Assembly: GCF_021028975.2 (NCBI RefSeq)
Contig: NC_059439.1
Location: 32,054,001-32,118,000, forward strand
Direction: 5' to 3'
DNA length: 64,000 bases
From: Sphaerodactylus townsendi
Taxonomy: Eukaryota
Shown: positions 36,605 through 50,154 of the stretch, piece after piece
Position numbering within the stretch: the stretch's first letter is position 1
How the letters are laid out: each line of letters opens with the position of its first letter
Translations under genes and position numbers: made by a program
The notes under the pieces: model-generated
Databases searched by the model: none
Told to the model about the DNA's origin: nothing
Seen by the model: the letters and a program-made list of their open reading frames with translations, nothing else

Positions 36605-39600
36605 TTATTTCATGTTAAAGACTTCTTGGATGCATTCCAGTGCCTGCTGTTTGGTCAATCTTGTCCAGTCCTTGGGAAGATCAGCAGGGAGAGCATGGTA
36701 CCTTTCAGCAAACTGTTGATTGAATTTTTTGAACACAAACTTCCAGTAATCCGAGGCTGTGATGCCTAGCATCAGGTTTGGATCGCCAAGTCGGGATAAT
36801 ACTGGCGATAATGTTTAAAAGGGTGCCATTTCCAAGCTGTGTCTTCATTGCTAAACTTTCTGTTTGAACTGACATCAGAAGAGCACAAGGAATAACAAAG
36901 TTTTTGTGTTTCATCATGACGATATAGCCCAAGCCCTTCAGGTCGATGGACTGATGAGAAGTGTTCTTGGTGATTGCTGCCTCCAGCTTCTCAGGGGACC
37001 TTACAGAAAGGACACTGCTTCCCACAGCCAAACACATGCTTGAAGATTTCGTCCCGGGGCTTGAATGGAATGTCTGCAAGTATTTTATTAGTGCTCATCT
37101 TAGAGCGTTCTAAAAGAATGTCTTCTACCACTGTGGGGATACAGGCCTGTATCTCGGCTGAGAAGGATGCAGCATTGGCAGTATTGTTGAATAGGATGAG
37201 TACCAGGCGATCCTTGGAAATGACGAGCTCTTTACCCATCTCCTGGCAAAAATGCTCCAAGAATTCAGCCAAAGTCTGAGGTTGGTTCTCACATCTCTCC
37301 AGAACTTCTATAGCTTTCTTCATTGCAGTAGACAGGATTCGACGCTCCAAGATGGCTAGTCCTTCCCTCTGTCTGTAATGGTCTAAGAGGCGTGTCTGTA
37401 TCCAAGATTTCACAAACGTCTCATATGTGTTTATATAGTTGACATAGTCATCGAATTTCTCCTCTTCTAGCAGTGTCCTCTGAACTGTGAACTGAAAGAA
37501 GCTCCTGCTTCCATACTGGAGGGATTGCTGGCTGCTGAGGAGATCATCTACTATCTCAATCCCAAGTCTCTGGAGGAGGTGGTCCACCAGAAGCCGGGAT
37601 TACTCAGACACAGATCGCAAAAAGCCTTGGCTCTTTTCTGACAAGCGTCCTTCTCATAGTACAGATCTTTGAAGGTGGATAAATACTGTGGTTTGAGCTT
37701 TTCTAGACGTTGGTGAGGGTTGTTTGCCTTGAAGTAATTGATATGCATCTCCTGAAAAGCATCAGCTGCTTCTCCTAGAATGAAATATTTCAGATCCACT
37801 TCAAAACGAATGTTATAGTGAAGCTTTTGAAAATCTTTTTTTTCTTCAAACATTTGGTTAGTCCCAGTCTCAGCTAACCCACTGCAATACGTTTTCATCA
37901 CTTAGTCTCCTCTTGTGTTGACTTTCTCCATGACACTTAAGCTCCTCACAGGTGCGAATCAGGGATTTGACCTTCTCCTCTATTGGTTGTTTATAATTAA
38001 TAAATAATAGATCTTTTGCTGTTCTTATGAATGATTTTTCTAGATATGACTCTTTCACAACGAAAGGATTTTTGGAACGGGCTGCAAAGCCGGGTAACTT
38101 CTGCAAGAGCTGGTTGGCCAAGCTGCCGTGTACTTGAAGGTCTTTTCTGAGCTGAAGCTGAACATCTGTGTAAACGTCACGATGTCTGAAGTTACTAGGT
38201 GGCAATTCCAGTAAGCTCTCCTTCCACATTTTCTCAAATTCCTCTTCCAGATTCAAAGAAGTCAGCTGGCATTTCTCCCTTTTACACTCTTCTAGGAGCT
38301 TGTTTACTTTCCCTTGCATGGTTTTCGCATACGTAGCCTGAAGACTGTCTATTTTATGCTGTCCCTTGCGTATGAGAACGGCCTGCTGATACTTGTTGTT
38401 GAAATTGTTTTCCAACTGTTTCCGGAGACCCTCAGCATTTCTGATTAAATTTTCTCTATACTTCTCTATGAGATGCAGGTACTGTCGGTCACTTTCAAAA
38501 TAGCTTTGTATGCACTGTAATATCTTTTGCTGGCCATTGAACAATTTCTGATCAGTCTCAAGCCTCAACTTATCCAATGCATCAGAGTCAATATCTCCTA
38601 GAGACTGATTCTGAATTGTGGTTTCAGCTTTGACTACATACAGATGCATCTCCTTCTGGAAATTCCATTTCCATTCTGAATTCTTCACAGAGAGCTGGCT
38701 GTAAGCATTAGCTTTGAGGCTGTTACGGAAGCTAAAGATAAAATTTTCATGTTTTACAGCATTCCACAAGCTTCTCACCCGTTCAAGAAACTGGAGGATG
38801 TCTTTGGAATGTCTGTTTTGGGAGCTGGTCTTCATAAATTCAAACAGAGATCTTTTCAAATCTGACACACTCTCGCTGTATCCCATGTTTACTAGAGCCA
38901 TGGGTGGGACTCCGTGCCACAAACCAGGGATATACCAGGTGTGTTTTTCCAGATTGTATTCCATAACATCTGAAAAGGAAACTTCCCTGCATTGTTTCTC
39001 CATTTTCGCTGCAGCTCTGGTCATTTCGTTGAGCTGTTCTAGGAGAAGTTTCCTGTCCCTCATGTTTTGATCATGGGCCAAAACATCACTGACGTTCTGG
39101 TGGACGAATTGGCAATTGGGTTTGTGCCCAGTTTCCTCCATCCTCAGAAAAGCGTGGACTACAATTTGCAGGATGTCCTTCATCTCCGTGGTATTCTCCA
39201 TGGCCAGGTTCACAAGGGTTATGTCACTCAGTCCGATCACTAGGGTGGCCAACTCATTGTCATGTTCATAGCTGTCCTCCAATGTGGCTAGCTTGGGGGC
39301 TTTCAAGCCTTCTGTGTCAATCACCAAGATGAAATCACAACTGAGCTCTTGCTGGAAGTTCTCTGACACTCTTAGGAGGCTCATGAAGGCCCCTCGGGTA
39401 CATCGGCCACTGCTGACTGCAAACTGCAGCCCAAACATAGTATTAAGAAGGGTGGATTTGCCAGTACTCTGGACACCCAATACTGTTAGAACCTTCATCC
39501 TGGATTTGCCCCCTACTTTGGAATGAAGGGCAGTCAAAACATCCGTTATCCATTGCAGGGGGATGTTCGATGCATCTCCATCAATCAGCTCCATTGGAAA

Positions 39601-41306
39601 TCCTTCTAGCATCAGGTCAGCAGCGATTCCTGGTAAGTGCACAAACTGTCTGTGTCTTTCAATTGTCTTGTCTTCCTTTGCCATCATGTACTCTGCTTCA
39701 TAAAACTGCCCCAGCTCACGCATGAAATGTTCTATGCCTAAGGAACTGGCGGAAATTAATTCATCCAGCTGTACCAGCTGTCCCGGATCATTTCCAGAAT
39801 TCTGATAAAGTTCTTTATACTCCTCTCTTAATTTTGACAAGTTTGCCCTAGCAACGGAATCCAGGTTGAACTTCAGCCGTTTCAGAAAATAATGTTTCTC
39901 CTTTGAGTGAAGGTGTTGCATTCCATTAATAAATGTTGTTATTCCATTAGTGAGGTCGCATTGATTCTGCTGGTAACGTAAGTCTATCAGTTTCTGTCTG
40001 AGCTGAGACTTGTAATCTTCAGCGGATGTATCATCTTGCCATTTCATCCTGCACCATTCTTTCTCCACTTTGGTCAGGTTTTTCCACAAGTCCCCCTGAA
40101 GTTTCAGCATTTTCTTCTTGTAGACCACAACATCTTTTATTTCTTCAGTAATTTCATTGGCGTGTAAAATTCCAATTTGACAGGTCTGTCTTTCTTCATC
40201 AGTCGGGATTCCCAGTTCTTGGCTGACCTTTGCCATAACTTCTATACTGACCACCTTTTGTGGAGAGTTAACAATGTTCCTTATGGTTGACCGGAACTTT
40301 TTCACAAATTCTGCGGTATTTTTGTTCTTCTCTTTCACCAGTATTTGTGATTTGGTCAGGCTCAGCAATGGTGCAAGTTTGTTCAGGAACCTCAGGGTTT
40401 CCTTTGATTTCTCACCATCAACATTCAAGATTAAATAATATTTAGAAGCCGAGCCCTGGAGAGTTGCCAGCATGTCACACTGTTTGTCAGACATGTTCTC
40501 TGCAATGATGAACACAGCTGATGAGACCACTGTTAAAAATCTGAACTGTGGCCAGTATGACTCAATGTCCCCCCGGAGATTCGTAAAGGCCACAGGCTCA
40601 GGGAAAAGATCTGATTTTTCCCTCCCTCCAGGAAAATACCAGGAGATTTCTACCAGCCCATCACTGATCTCTCGTGGCGCACTCCCACACTCCATATCCC
40701 TGTGAACAAAGAAGTCATGGTGTTGCTGAGTGGAGCTGAGGACCTCATTGAGAAGCTTGGATTTGGAGAAGCTGGATCTGCCCATCCGTACAACGGAAAT
40801 GGTAGGCATGGATGTTCGTACCAGGCTCTCCTCTCTAAAGCCTCTCTTCTCTACCAGGCAGTGAGGCCTCCATTTTCTCACAATGTCCCGAAGGGCCCAC
40901 AGCATAAAGATGCGCTTGGGAGGCGGCAAAATCAAAGGGAGGGCAAACTGACACATGGACATTTTGAGAAAGATCTCCTGATGAAGGAAGCTATCGGAGC
41001 AAAACAGGACAGCACAAAGGACATCAAGGGGGTTTACAGAACCTCCATAGTCCATCCCCCTCAAGAAAAAATCCTCATCATTGATATCAACCTCTTCATC
41101 TTCATTATCCTTTGGTACAAGGTCTGTATTTCTGGCTGTTCCACTGAGGGCCATCAGTTTTCTCAAGAAGTGCCAAGGTAAATCTTCCAGCGTCTGAGGA
41201 GGTACAGTTGTGAGGATGTCTGGGTTGATTTCCAAGACTTCTCCCATGGTGAGTTTCTTACTGCTTCGATCGTGGAGACCCAGCTTCATCAGGAAGCTCT
41301 CAACTC
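36605..41306 (-). CDS. Large exon of a URGCP/VLIG-family (GVIN1-like, interferon-induced very large GTPase) gene; frameshifted in its 3' 1.3 kb as assembled
   Basis: 1139-aa ORF with URG4-type motifs (LPWHFLRKLMAL, NPLDVLCAVLFCSD, MSMCQFALPL), G1 GVQSTGKS (39454-39477), GRCTRG and G3 DTEG (39307-39318). It continues in shifted frames through GCGKQCPFCKVP to ASDYWKFVF...QEVFNMK* (TAA at 36605-36607). Phase-1 acceptor tttttcacgatag precedes 41306. Confidence 0.9.
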
Positions 41307-41604
41307 CTATCGTGAAAAAGAAGGGCAGTTGTTATTTGTGAGGTATGAAAACTTTGTAAGAAGAAAATGTGCCGGGGGCAGGGGAAGGCTGAGCAAGAGG
41401 GGAGAAAGTGAGAAGCATTTTCAGATAGAATCAAAGAGTTGGAAGAGACCACAAGTGTTGGATGTTACAGCCTTGCATGCAGCAGCAGCACGGAATTCTG
41501 GGAGATCTTNNNNNNNNNNNNNNNNNNNNNNNNNNNNNNNNNNNNNNNNNNNNNNNNNNNNNNNNNNNNNNNNNNNNNNNNNNNNNNNNNNNNNNNNNNN
41601 NNNN

Positions 41605-42320
41605 CTCTGGGAAAAGATCTGAATTCTCCCTCCCTCCAGGAAAATACCAGGAGATTTCTACCAGCCCATCACTGATCTCTCGTGGCGCACTCCCACACTC
41701 CATATCCCTGTGAACAAAGAAGTCATGGTGTTGCTGAGGGGAGCTGAGGACCTCATTGAGAAGCTTGGATTTGGAGAAGCTGGATCTGCCCATCCGCACA
41801 ACGGAAATGGTTGCCATGGATGTTCGTACCAGGCTCTCCTCTCTGAAGCCTCTCTTCTCTACCAGGCAGTGAGGCCTCCATTTTCTCACAATGTCCCGTA
41901 GGGCCCACAGCATAAAGATGCGCTTGGGAGGCGGCAAAATCAAAGGGAGGGCAAACTGACACATGGACATTTTGAGAAAGATCTCCTGATGAAGGAAGCT
42001 ATCAGAGCAAAACAGGACAGCACAAAGGACATCAAGGGGGTTTACAGAACCTCCATAGTCCATCCCCCTCAGGAAAAAACCCTCATCATTGATATCAACC
42101 TCTTCATCTTCATCTTCCTTATCCTTTGGTACAAGATCTGTATTTCTGGCTGTTCCACTGAGGGCCATCAGTTTTCTCAAGAAGTGCCAAGGTAAATCTT
42201 CCAGTGTCTGAGGAGGTACAGTTGTGAGGCTGTCTGGGTTGATTTCCAAGACTTCTCCCATGGTGAGTTTCTTATTGCTTCTCTTGTGGAGACCCAACTT
42301 CATCAGGAAGCTCTCAACTC
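41605..42320 (-). CDS. Second tandem copy of the URGCP/VLIG exon, 5' ~715 nt only (truncated by N gap)
   Basis: Near-identical to the 5' part of the first copy, with the same acceptor and ~120 nt of shared intron; 8 aa substitutions and a 2-aa indel. Confidence 0.85.
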
Positions 42321-44126
42321 CTATCGTGAAAAAGAAGGGGAGTTGTTACTTGTGAGGTATGAAAACTTTGTAAGAAGGAAATGTGCCTGGGGCAGGGGAA
42401 GGCTGAGCAAGAGGGGAGAAAGTGAGAAGCATTTTCAGATGTGTGTCAGGAAGTTATGTAATCCTTGAGAAGCTACCTTTCCTGTGTCAGCCTGTGTGCT
42501 GGTTGTAATCAGAGGACTGCTTGGTAGGCCCTCTTTGCAAGATGATATAATTTTGTCAGCAAGAAGCAGGGTCTTTCTACAGTTGCCCTTTTTTTCTGAA
42601 AAGAAATTTGCTCTCCTCCCAAGAATACAGTGGCAAAGCGCCAACAGGGCGGGGAGGAGCACCCTGCCCCAGGCACACACCATTGGGATCACGTGGGGAG
42701 CTGCTGCCCCGCAGACCCCTTCCCCTCCCCCCTGCAGTGCCCCCCAGTACCTCGCTTGCATAGGCTTTTGGCGGGACCGTCACGCCTTTAAATAATTTGT
42801 CCCGCGTCCCGCGGGTTCTGCAAATTGTCCTGATTTTTGGGAGGCGGCCGCACTGCCGTCTGGGGCGCAATGCAGTGCGGCAGCCTCCCGCGCGCCCGGC
42901 TGTAGGAGTGCCCGGCCTTCTGGGGCTTGCCGTTTGCCGCCCTGTGATAGGGCGGGAAACGGCAAGCCCCACAAGGCAGTGCGTTTCTACGGCTGCGCGC
43001 GCGCGACTGCTTCCCCGTCCCGGATCACAAAAGTGACCATCTGGTCACCTTACACTTGCAGGTCTCCAGGAAAGTGTAGTTCCCACCAGGAGAGAGGAAA
43101 TAAAGGGCAGGAGAGAGGAGCAAAGTTAAGTGGCATGGGCGTGGGGGTGGTCTGCTGAGGCTGGAGGGTAGAGTGCCCCTCTTCCTCTGAGAGAGATCCT
43201 CTCAGAGAGAGAGGGATTCTCAAGCCTCCAGGAGCAGTGCTTTTTAAAAAAAAAACCAAGAGAGAGGGTCCCTCTCAGAGAGAGAGATGCACTCCAGTCT
43301 CCTCTGCCCATAGATCACAGGACCATTGTTGAGATTTGTAATTTCAGGTAGTTTCTGTAATGTGATGGTGACTGTGAAATTACCTGGTGCAAAACATCAT
43401 TGTTTGGTCATGGTGAGGGAGGGCAATCACCTACACAGGATGGGGGGCAAAACTCAGATTTTGCCCCAGGCTCCATTTTTCCTAGCTCCGCCTCTGCAAG
43501 AATACCTTTTCTTTCAGCTTCCCTGGTCACAGCTTTTACACACATTGGGGAGGGTATGTGTGAAAAGATGGGACAGTCATTCCACTCTGACTTCTCACAG
43601 CTGGTTGTGTATCTGGTTTGATACTTCCAGAGGCGTAGCTAGTAAAAATGGAGCCTGGGGCAAAATCTGAGTTTTGTGGGGGGGCCCCGCCCCCTCCATA
43701 TGGGCAGCCACCCTCCCCCACCATGACCAAACAACATTTTTTGCACCAGGTCATCTCAAAGTCATCATCACATTATAGAACATACCCCAACACACAAATC
43801 TGAACACACCCAGGGCTCCCTAGTTTAAACAACATTCAAAGTGATGCTATTTTTTGAAGGGGGGGAATCTTCATAGGTATATCACAGAGTGAAGTCTGTT
43901 ATACACTGTGTCCAGACTTCTCTTATAACAGACTTCTCTCTGTGATACACCCCTGAAGATGCCAGCCACAGATGCAGGCGAAATGTCAGGAACACGATCT
44001 ACCAGACCACGGCCACACAGCCCGGAAAACCCACAGGAACTAGTTGAATCTGCTTGTGAAAGCCTTCAACAATATTTTCAATGTTTTTTTAATCTAGAAA
44101 GTCCAGATTCTCCCTATAAATCCACT

Positions 44127-45084
44127 TTAAGGGTATTTAATGCCAAGGTGTCCCAACAACTTCTCTATGGGGTTTCCCTATGGATCGAAGCCTGGCATAT
44201 ATCCTTGGAGCGAATACAATCTAAATTTTTATATAAGCTTTTTGGGGTCCCCCATTGTGTACCCTACGCCGCCCTCTGCCTCAAGGCAGGATTACACCTC
44301 TTGGAAACAAAAGCATGGTGGGCCACCTTTAAATTTTGGATTCGGTTATGTTTCCTTAACAACCCTAACAGTCTCATTTATTGCACCCTCCACGAACTTC
44401 AATCTTCTACCTGGTGGGCTCATATCAAATCAAAGATTTCCTCCCTGGGTCTTTCTTGGGACCAGCTCCTTATGCTTTCTCCTAGCGAGATACAACGTTG
44501 TATCAAGGTACGGCTATTCGACCAGGAACACCAATATCTAGTTAGTAAAGCAAGGAGCTTGTTCTCTCCCCTCCATTTTAACATCATGCCCGGGAAATGC
44601 AAGACAGCTGTATATTTAAACATCTTGTCTGACTCTAAGTTGAGGTGGCTATTGACCAGAGCGAGAACCAACACATTTCCACTAACCTTTTCCCCAGAGA
44701 GATTCACGGTACCTTCACAGCAAAAGCGTACCTGTGAATACTGTCAAACCCCTGAGAAGTCATTGGAGCACATTTTATTAGTTTGTCCAAAATTTAACGA
44801 TTTTAGACCAAACCTGTTTTTAGGGGATCCCTTACTGGTCCATCCAAGCCTTTTTAATCTTAAATTGAACTATCTTCTGAATACAGAGAATCCCAAGCAA
44901 TTGGACATAGTGGCCAAATTCTTGCTCACTATTACGAAATAATTTCCTGGTCTCCTCTTTCGCTCTGATGTATGCATTTTTGAAACAGGAGTACCTGTTT
45001 TATCTTGTAAAACTGTATTTGGATTACTTAGCTCTGCTATGTTTTAATGCCTAATAAAGGTCTTTGAACTTGAACTTGAACTTG
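44127..45084 (+). mobile_element. LINE 3' fragment (RTE-X-like) with (GAACTT)n tail
   Basis: ORF homologous to the C-terminus of the 29383 LINE; TSD-like aaatccact at both ends. Confidence 0.8.
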
Positions 45085-45970
45085 AAATCCACTCCAAAGG
45101 GGGTGGGTTTAAAGAGAGAACGTGGGGAAAATATGAGGGTGACTGTCAGGGAAGCAATGTTTAAGGTAACAGTACCAAAATATTAGCTTATCTTCAGGAG
45201 ACTCTCCTGATGAAATCACCCAGGTTTAGTGAAGTTTGGTTCAGGGGGTCCAAAGTTATGGACCCTCAAAAGGATAGCCTAATCTACCATTAGCACCTAT
45301 TGGAAACAATGGAAAATGGGGCACCCCTTTGGGGGTCCATAACGTTGGACTCCCTGAACCAACCTTCACCAAACCTGGGTGATATATGCAGGAGACTCAC
45401 ATAATTATATTCACCTTTTTGGGTGTTTTCCTTGTGTGGAAAGAGGGGTGAAGTTCAGAGAAATTGCCATCAGGCTGAGCAGGAGGAGAGTCGCTGATTA
45501 ATGAGGCTACACACGAATTGAAGTGGGCCAGTGAGGGATCCTTTGTGGATATAAAGATGTCAAGACTCGGTTTATCTGCGCCGTTTGAATTATTCCAAGC
45601 ATAAGCAAAAACCCAACAGAAGTTGGGGGGGAAAAGACATCCTGTGAAACTGAAATGGCTGCCCAAGCAGAACAGCATGCCACAAAATGGCTGCTGCATC
45701 TTATCCTAAGTCGCACAGTAAAGACCCTGGTGCTGTGGGGAAACTGCTGTGACAGCAACATTTCAAAAAATCTGCACAGCCAATCATGACTCCAACAACA
45801 AATGAGAAGCCCTGCTGAGCAAAAGCCCTACTCTTTTTTCGAAAACACTTGATGGCAGTGGGAAAATGTGTTGGAGGGACCCCGGATTCAAATGATTTAA
45901 GCCAGTAACTGCAAGTATAATCAAGAGCTATATTTAAGGAGCCATAAAGGCTTGGTGTTAAGGGCTTCTT

Positions 45971-46042
45971 GTGCAAACACAGACTCCAGTTTCACATCCG
46001 GATTAACTTCCTAGTGGTTGGTGTGGCCCCTCAATAAACTAC
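45971..46042 (+). repeat. 72-bp direct repeat, copy 1 (copy 2 at 57976-58047)
   Basis: gtgcWaacacagactccMgtttcacatccggattaacttcctagtggttggtgtggcccctcaataaactac; 2 mismatches. Confidence 0.9.
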
Positions 46043-46999
46043 CGGCTTTGACTCTCTCCCTTCCCCTCCCACAACAGACACCTTGTGAGGTAGGTGGGCT
46101 GAGATAATTCTGAGAGAACTGTGACTAGCCCAAGGTGGGCTTCATGCAGAGAAGAACAGGAAGCAAAATCCGGTTCACCAGATAAGAAGAAGAAAGAAAG
46201 AGTTTGGATTTATATCCCCCCTTTTCTCTCCCTGCAGGGAGACTCAAAGGAGCTTACAATCTCCTTGCCCTTCCCTCACAGCAAACACCCTGGCCAGGGT
46301 GGGTGGGGCTGAGAGCTCTGAAGAGCTGTGACTAGCCCAAGGTCACCCAGCTGGTGTGTGGGGTGCCCAGGCTAATCTGAATTCCCCAGATAGGCTCACA
46401 GCTCAGGTGGCTAAGGCAGAGAATCAAGCCGGTTCCTCAGATTAGATACATGAGCTCTTAACCTCCCTCACGCCACTGCTGCTCAGATAGACTCTGCAGC
46501 TCATGTAGGGGTGGGGAATCCGAACTTGGTTCTCAAATTAGGAGTCCCACCTGCACTCAACCACTACACCAGGGGTGCCTGGCCTGCGGCTCTCCAGATG
46601 TTCATGGACTGCACTCCAACCACACCAGGGGTCTGTAACCTGCGGCTCTCCAGATGTTCATGGACTACAATTCCCATCAGCTGGCGGGGCTGATGGGATT
46701 TGTAGTCCATGAACATCTGGAGGCAGTAGGTTTGCTGAACCACTCATGCTGGCTGTTTGATGATGGTGGTGGGTCTTTACACCAACCTGGACTACAGAGG
46801 TTAGAAGGTAGAAACCCAGCTACCTACTGCCTGCAGTGAAACAAAGACAGTCAGGCCTCTGCAGATCCTAAACAGATCATTTCACGGAAGAATGGTTGGA
46901 TAAGGTGCTTAACAACTTTGCTCACAACTTCAGTTATAAAGCAAAGCTGCTTTGTAATTCTGATAAATAGCAAACTTCTCTCTGTGGTTTTTTTTCCAG

Positions 47000-47165
47000 A
47001 GGAATACATAAGTTATGTAGTCGATTACTCTCCCATTAGACCCGAGAATCCAGGCCCCGGCATTCCAAGTATTCCTGGTGTCGGTGTTCCTCGGGGTCTT
47101 CCCACCTGAAGTATCCCCACCCGATCTATCCACCAGAATTTCGGTCCCATCCAGACCACCAACAG
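47000..47165 (+). CDS. FBN1: FBN1 proline-rich exon (classical exon 10), indel-damaged
   Basis: tttccag|AG GAA TAC…KLCS…PIRPENPGPGIPSIPGVGVPRG…|gtaaaa; lies directly before the EGF4 exon as in FBN1. Confidence 0.7.
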
Positions 47166-48135
47166 GTAAAAATAAATCAGAATTCAGTATTTTGCACGGT
47201 TAAGATTTCATCCCTTTTAAAGGGGTGTTTGTTCTGACTCCTGTAATTTCCTTATCTTTTCCCACAAGCCAAATACCAGATGGTTGCCTATTGAGGTCAG
47301 TGTTCTGAAGGTGTGACTCTGCCTAGAATATATCACTCTGAGGGCTGTCTCTGGGCCTTTCCCCACTTACCTTGGCCAGCTATGAGGGGAGAGTTGCGTG
47401 GGGTCCCCAGCACTCCCACAACAGAAGGCGTGACAAGCAGCCCGTGACGCCACTGTAGCCCCTCAGCCGCTGGCATCCAAAAGCTCTCTTACCAAAGCCT
47501 TTGATGACCCGTGCAGTGGGGTGCGCCTGGGATGCAGCAGCTGAAGCAGCCACCCAGCGGCATAGAAGGATCAGGAGTGAGTGAGAGAGCGCCTATGTGA
47601 GATGGTAGCAGAGCAGAATGCTTTTAGTTTCAGATGTATGCCGCAAAGTCATCATCTTTTTTTGAAGCAACTTTTATTTTTGCAGTAAGAAGGCTACAAG
47701 AGAGGAGAAGATTCAAACGAAGGAAAAATAAGTAGACACCAACAGACATAACAGTAACAATAATATAATTTTGAAAACATAATCTTATCAGAATTAAGTA
47801 TTAAATAGATTTGTGTTCATAGTCTTGTAAGTTTCTTTGTCATACTGATAAAGATGAACTAGCAATTGCTGGTGTACTGGATAGGAACAACCTTAGTCAT
47901 TAATTATTTAAGCAATCTAATTGATCCATCTTGAGAAGGCTTTGAGAACGGTGCTTATGGCCAAAGGGCAACTGTATGTGTGTGACAGCCGTGAAGCAGG
48001 AGAAATTGTGTCGCAAGATCACTGCCCAGTAAGTGCCCCAATATGGTTCTTACTAGAGATGTGTGCCAGTATTCGGTTCAAATTACGAACGTTGACCGAA
48101 TTTTTAACCTTTTCTTATTTATTTCTCCGTTTCAG

Positions 48136-48279
48136 GGGTTTTACCCGTTAATATCCTCGCCTCGAGTAAACTTCTGCCAGTTATATATCAAAACCTCTGC
48201 ATTAATGGTGCCAACCCTGGAAGTTATCGTTGTGAATGTAAAAAAGGATTTGAGCTGGATCTTCGCGGCGAATGCATCG
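48136..48279 (+). CDS. FBN1: FBN1 EGF-like exon (classical exon 11), indel-damaged
   Basis: VLPVN…NFCQL…LCING…PGSYRCECKKGFELDLRGECI, matching FBN1 EGF4; canonical splice sites. Confidence 0.88.
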
Positions 48280-48973
48280 GTATGGGATTTTTCTCTCCTG
48301 GATTTCCCTAGCTTTAAAAAAAATGGCAGATTGCTGTAATACCCCCACGTATAATATTTATTCTTACTGCGTTTTAATTTAAACTAGTTAATAAAAGAGA
48401 ATCTGTCTCCCACCACAATGAGTCCACTTTCACAGGGACTTTTCTTCCTCCGTGTTGTTAACAAATTGTTTGAGAAAGTTGCGTCCTCCCCTATTCGAGT
48501 TCTGCATGGTCTGTCGCTTAGCATGTCCATGTTGATCTCTTGTTTATAGTCCAAAAGTAAAATTGTAAAATATCTTGTGCAGAGTTTGTTAGTCTGTTCT
48601 GTGGAGGTTCGATATAGTGTGTCTAGGGACTTTCTTGAAATTCAGAGTAAAAGAAACCGGTGTGGTTGAGGTGTGTTTTGAGGGTCACCTGGATAAACTC
48701 TTATTTGTGTAAGGAAACAGTGTAGCATATGTTCCCGGACCTGGTGTATGGAATTTTCCGACTAGAATGTTGTATAACATAGAACGACATTGAGGAGGAA
48801 AATAAATATTCCTAAAGTTTGAGGGTTGCATAACACAGTTTATTTTTTTTAATTTAATTGTTTGTGCAACTGTTTTGCCTACGTAAAACAAATTACTGAA
48901 AGAACCTTCCAAAACTGCCAAACTAACTAATGGCTTACTAACGGGGGGGGAAAATACTATCTGTATGTTTCAG

Positions 48974-49093
48974 ATGTCGATGAGTGTGAAAGAAACCCCT
49001 GTATCGGTGGAGACTGTGCTAACACACAAGGGTCTTACATTTGTCAGTGTCGTCCTGGCTACCAGAGTACGCTGATGAGAACAGAATGCCGAG
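48974..49093 (+). CDS. FBN1: FBN1 cbEGF exon (classical exon 12)
   Basis: 120-nt phase 1-1 exon encoding [40 protein letters not shown]; intact. Confidence 0.93.
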
Positions 49094-50154
49094 GTATGCC
49101 TCTGTGTAAATCAATTGTTTATTTAACAGGATGAATAAATAAACTCTCGTTTCCGGTCACGGTCGGTTCCCAAAGTGGTCTACAATTAAAATCCGTTGCC
49201 ATATGCAATACAAGTATGTGTGGATAGAAAGGGGGAGAAAAGTTTGTCGACTGTTCCAAAGGATGAAAGATCAATGGGGCAATCCAAAGCATAGTTACAC
49301 CCTTCTAAGCAGTGGTGGGATCCAAAAATTTTAGTAACAGGTTCCCATGGTGGTGGGATTCAAACTGTGGCGTAGCGCCAATGGGGCTGGTAGGCCCGAG
49401 GTGGGGCATGGCGGGCATTCCAGGGGCAGCGGGGAGGCATTCCTGAAGCGGGGCTGTGGCTAAGGGCTGCCCGGCGCTTAGCCCGATCGCAGGTGAAAGC
49501 GAATGCACACAGGCAGGCTGCCACCTGCGCCCGGTGTACCTCCTGCTGGAGCTGCTTCAAGTTCTGCTCACTACTGCTGGGGAGGGGCGTAACTAAAGGC
49601 AAAAATCACATGGCGGAAATCACCAATTACAGGGCGGCTTTTGGCACACACAAATAATTAGTAACCTACTCTTGGGAACCTGTGAGAACCTGCTGGATCC
49701 CACATCTGCTTTTAAGCCCATTGATGCTGATGGAAGGGTGTAATTCTGGCTGGGATCGCACGGCAAATGACATACGTGCATATGGCATCAATCCGTACAA
49801 TCAAATCTTGCGTTGAGAAAATCTGGATGTGTGTGTGTGTGGAGAAATTATTATTGGAGCGGGCAGAAGGCCCTTGAGATATCTGGACCCCTTGAGGGGA
49901 TGTGTTTCTCTGAATCAAAAGCTGGCATCATTACCCCAGTGCTGTTTGTGAAACAGAGGCCCTTTCTGCACGGGCGGAATACAGCACCCCAGGGACGGCA
50001 AAAACGCCGTCCCTGGGGAAGTGTTTGCACAGGAGCGACATGAAGCCGCCGCTTTAAACCTCGCTCATTGAGTGAGCTTTTTGAAAAGCAGCGTCTTCCC
50101 CATTGCCTCCACTTACCTGCCTCTCCAGTGCCGCTCTGTAGGGCTGCAGGGACC

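Noticed and set aside
38055-42195. Plus-strand ORFs overlapping the GTPase exons
   Set aside because: Antisense shadows of a long coding exon with no independent motifs.
42627-43060. CpG-rich patch as promoter of the GTPase gene
   Set aside because: It has DNA-transposon-like ends (cagtggc…, …atctggtcacct), and the GTPase exon starts with an acceptor; not excluded but unsupported.
43380-43770. Inverted repeat as a structured RNA
   Set aside because: Explained by two outward-facing ends of the same hAT-like element family (…gcctctg / cagaggc…).
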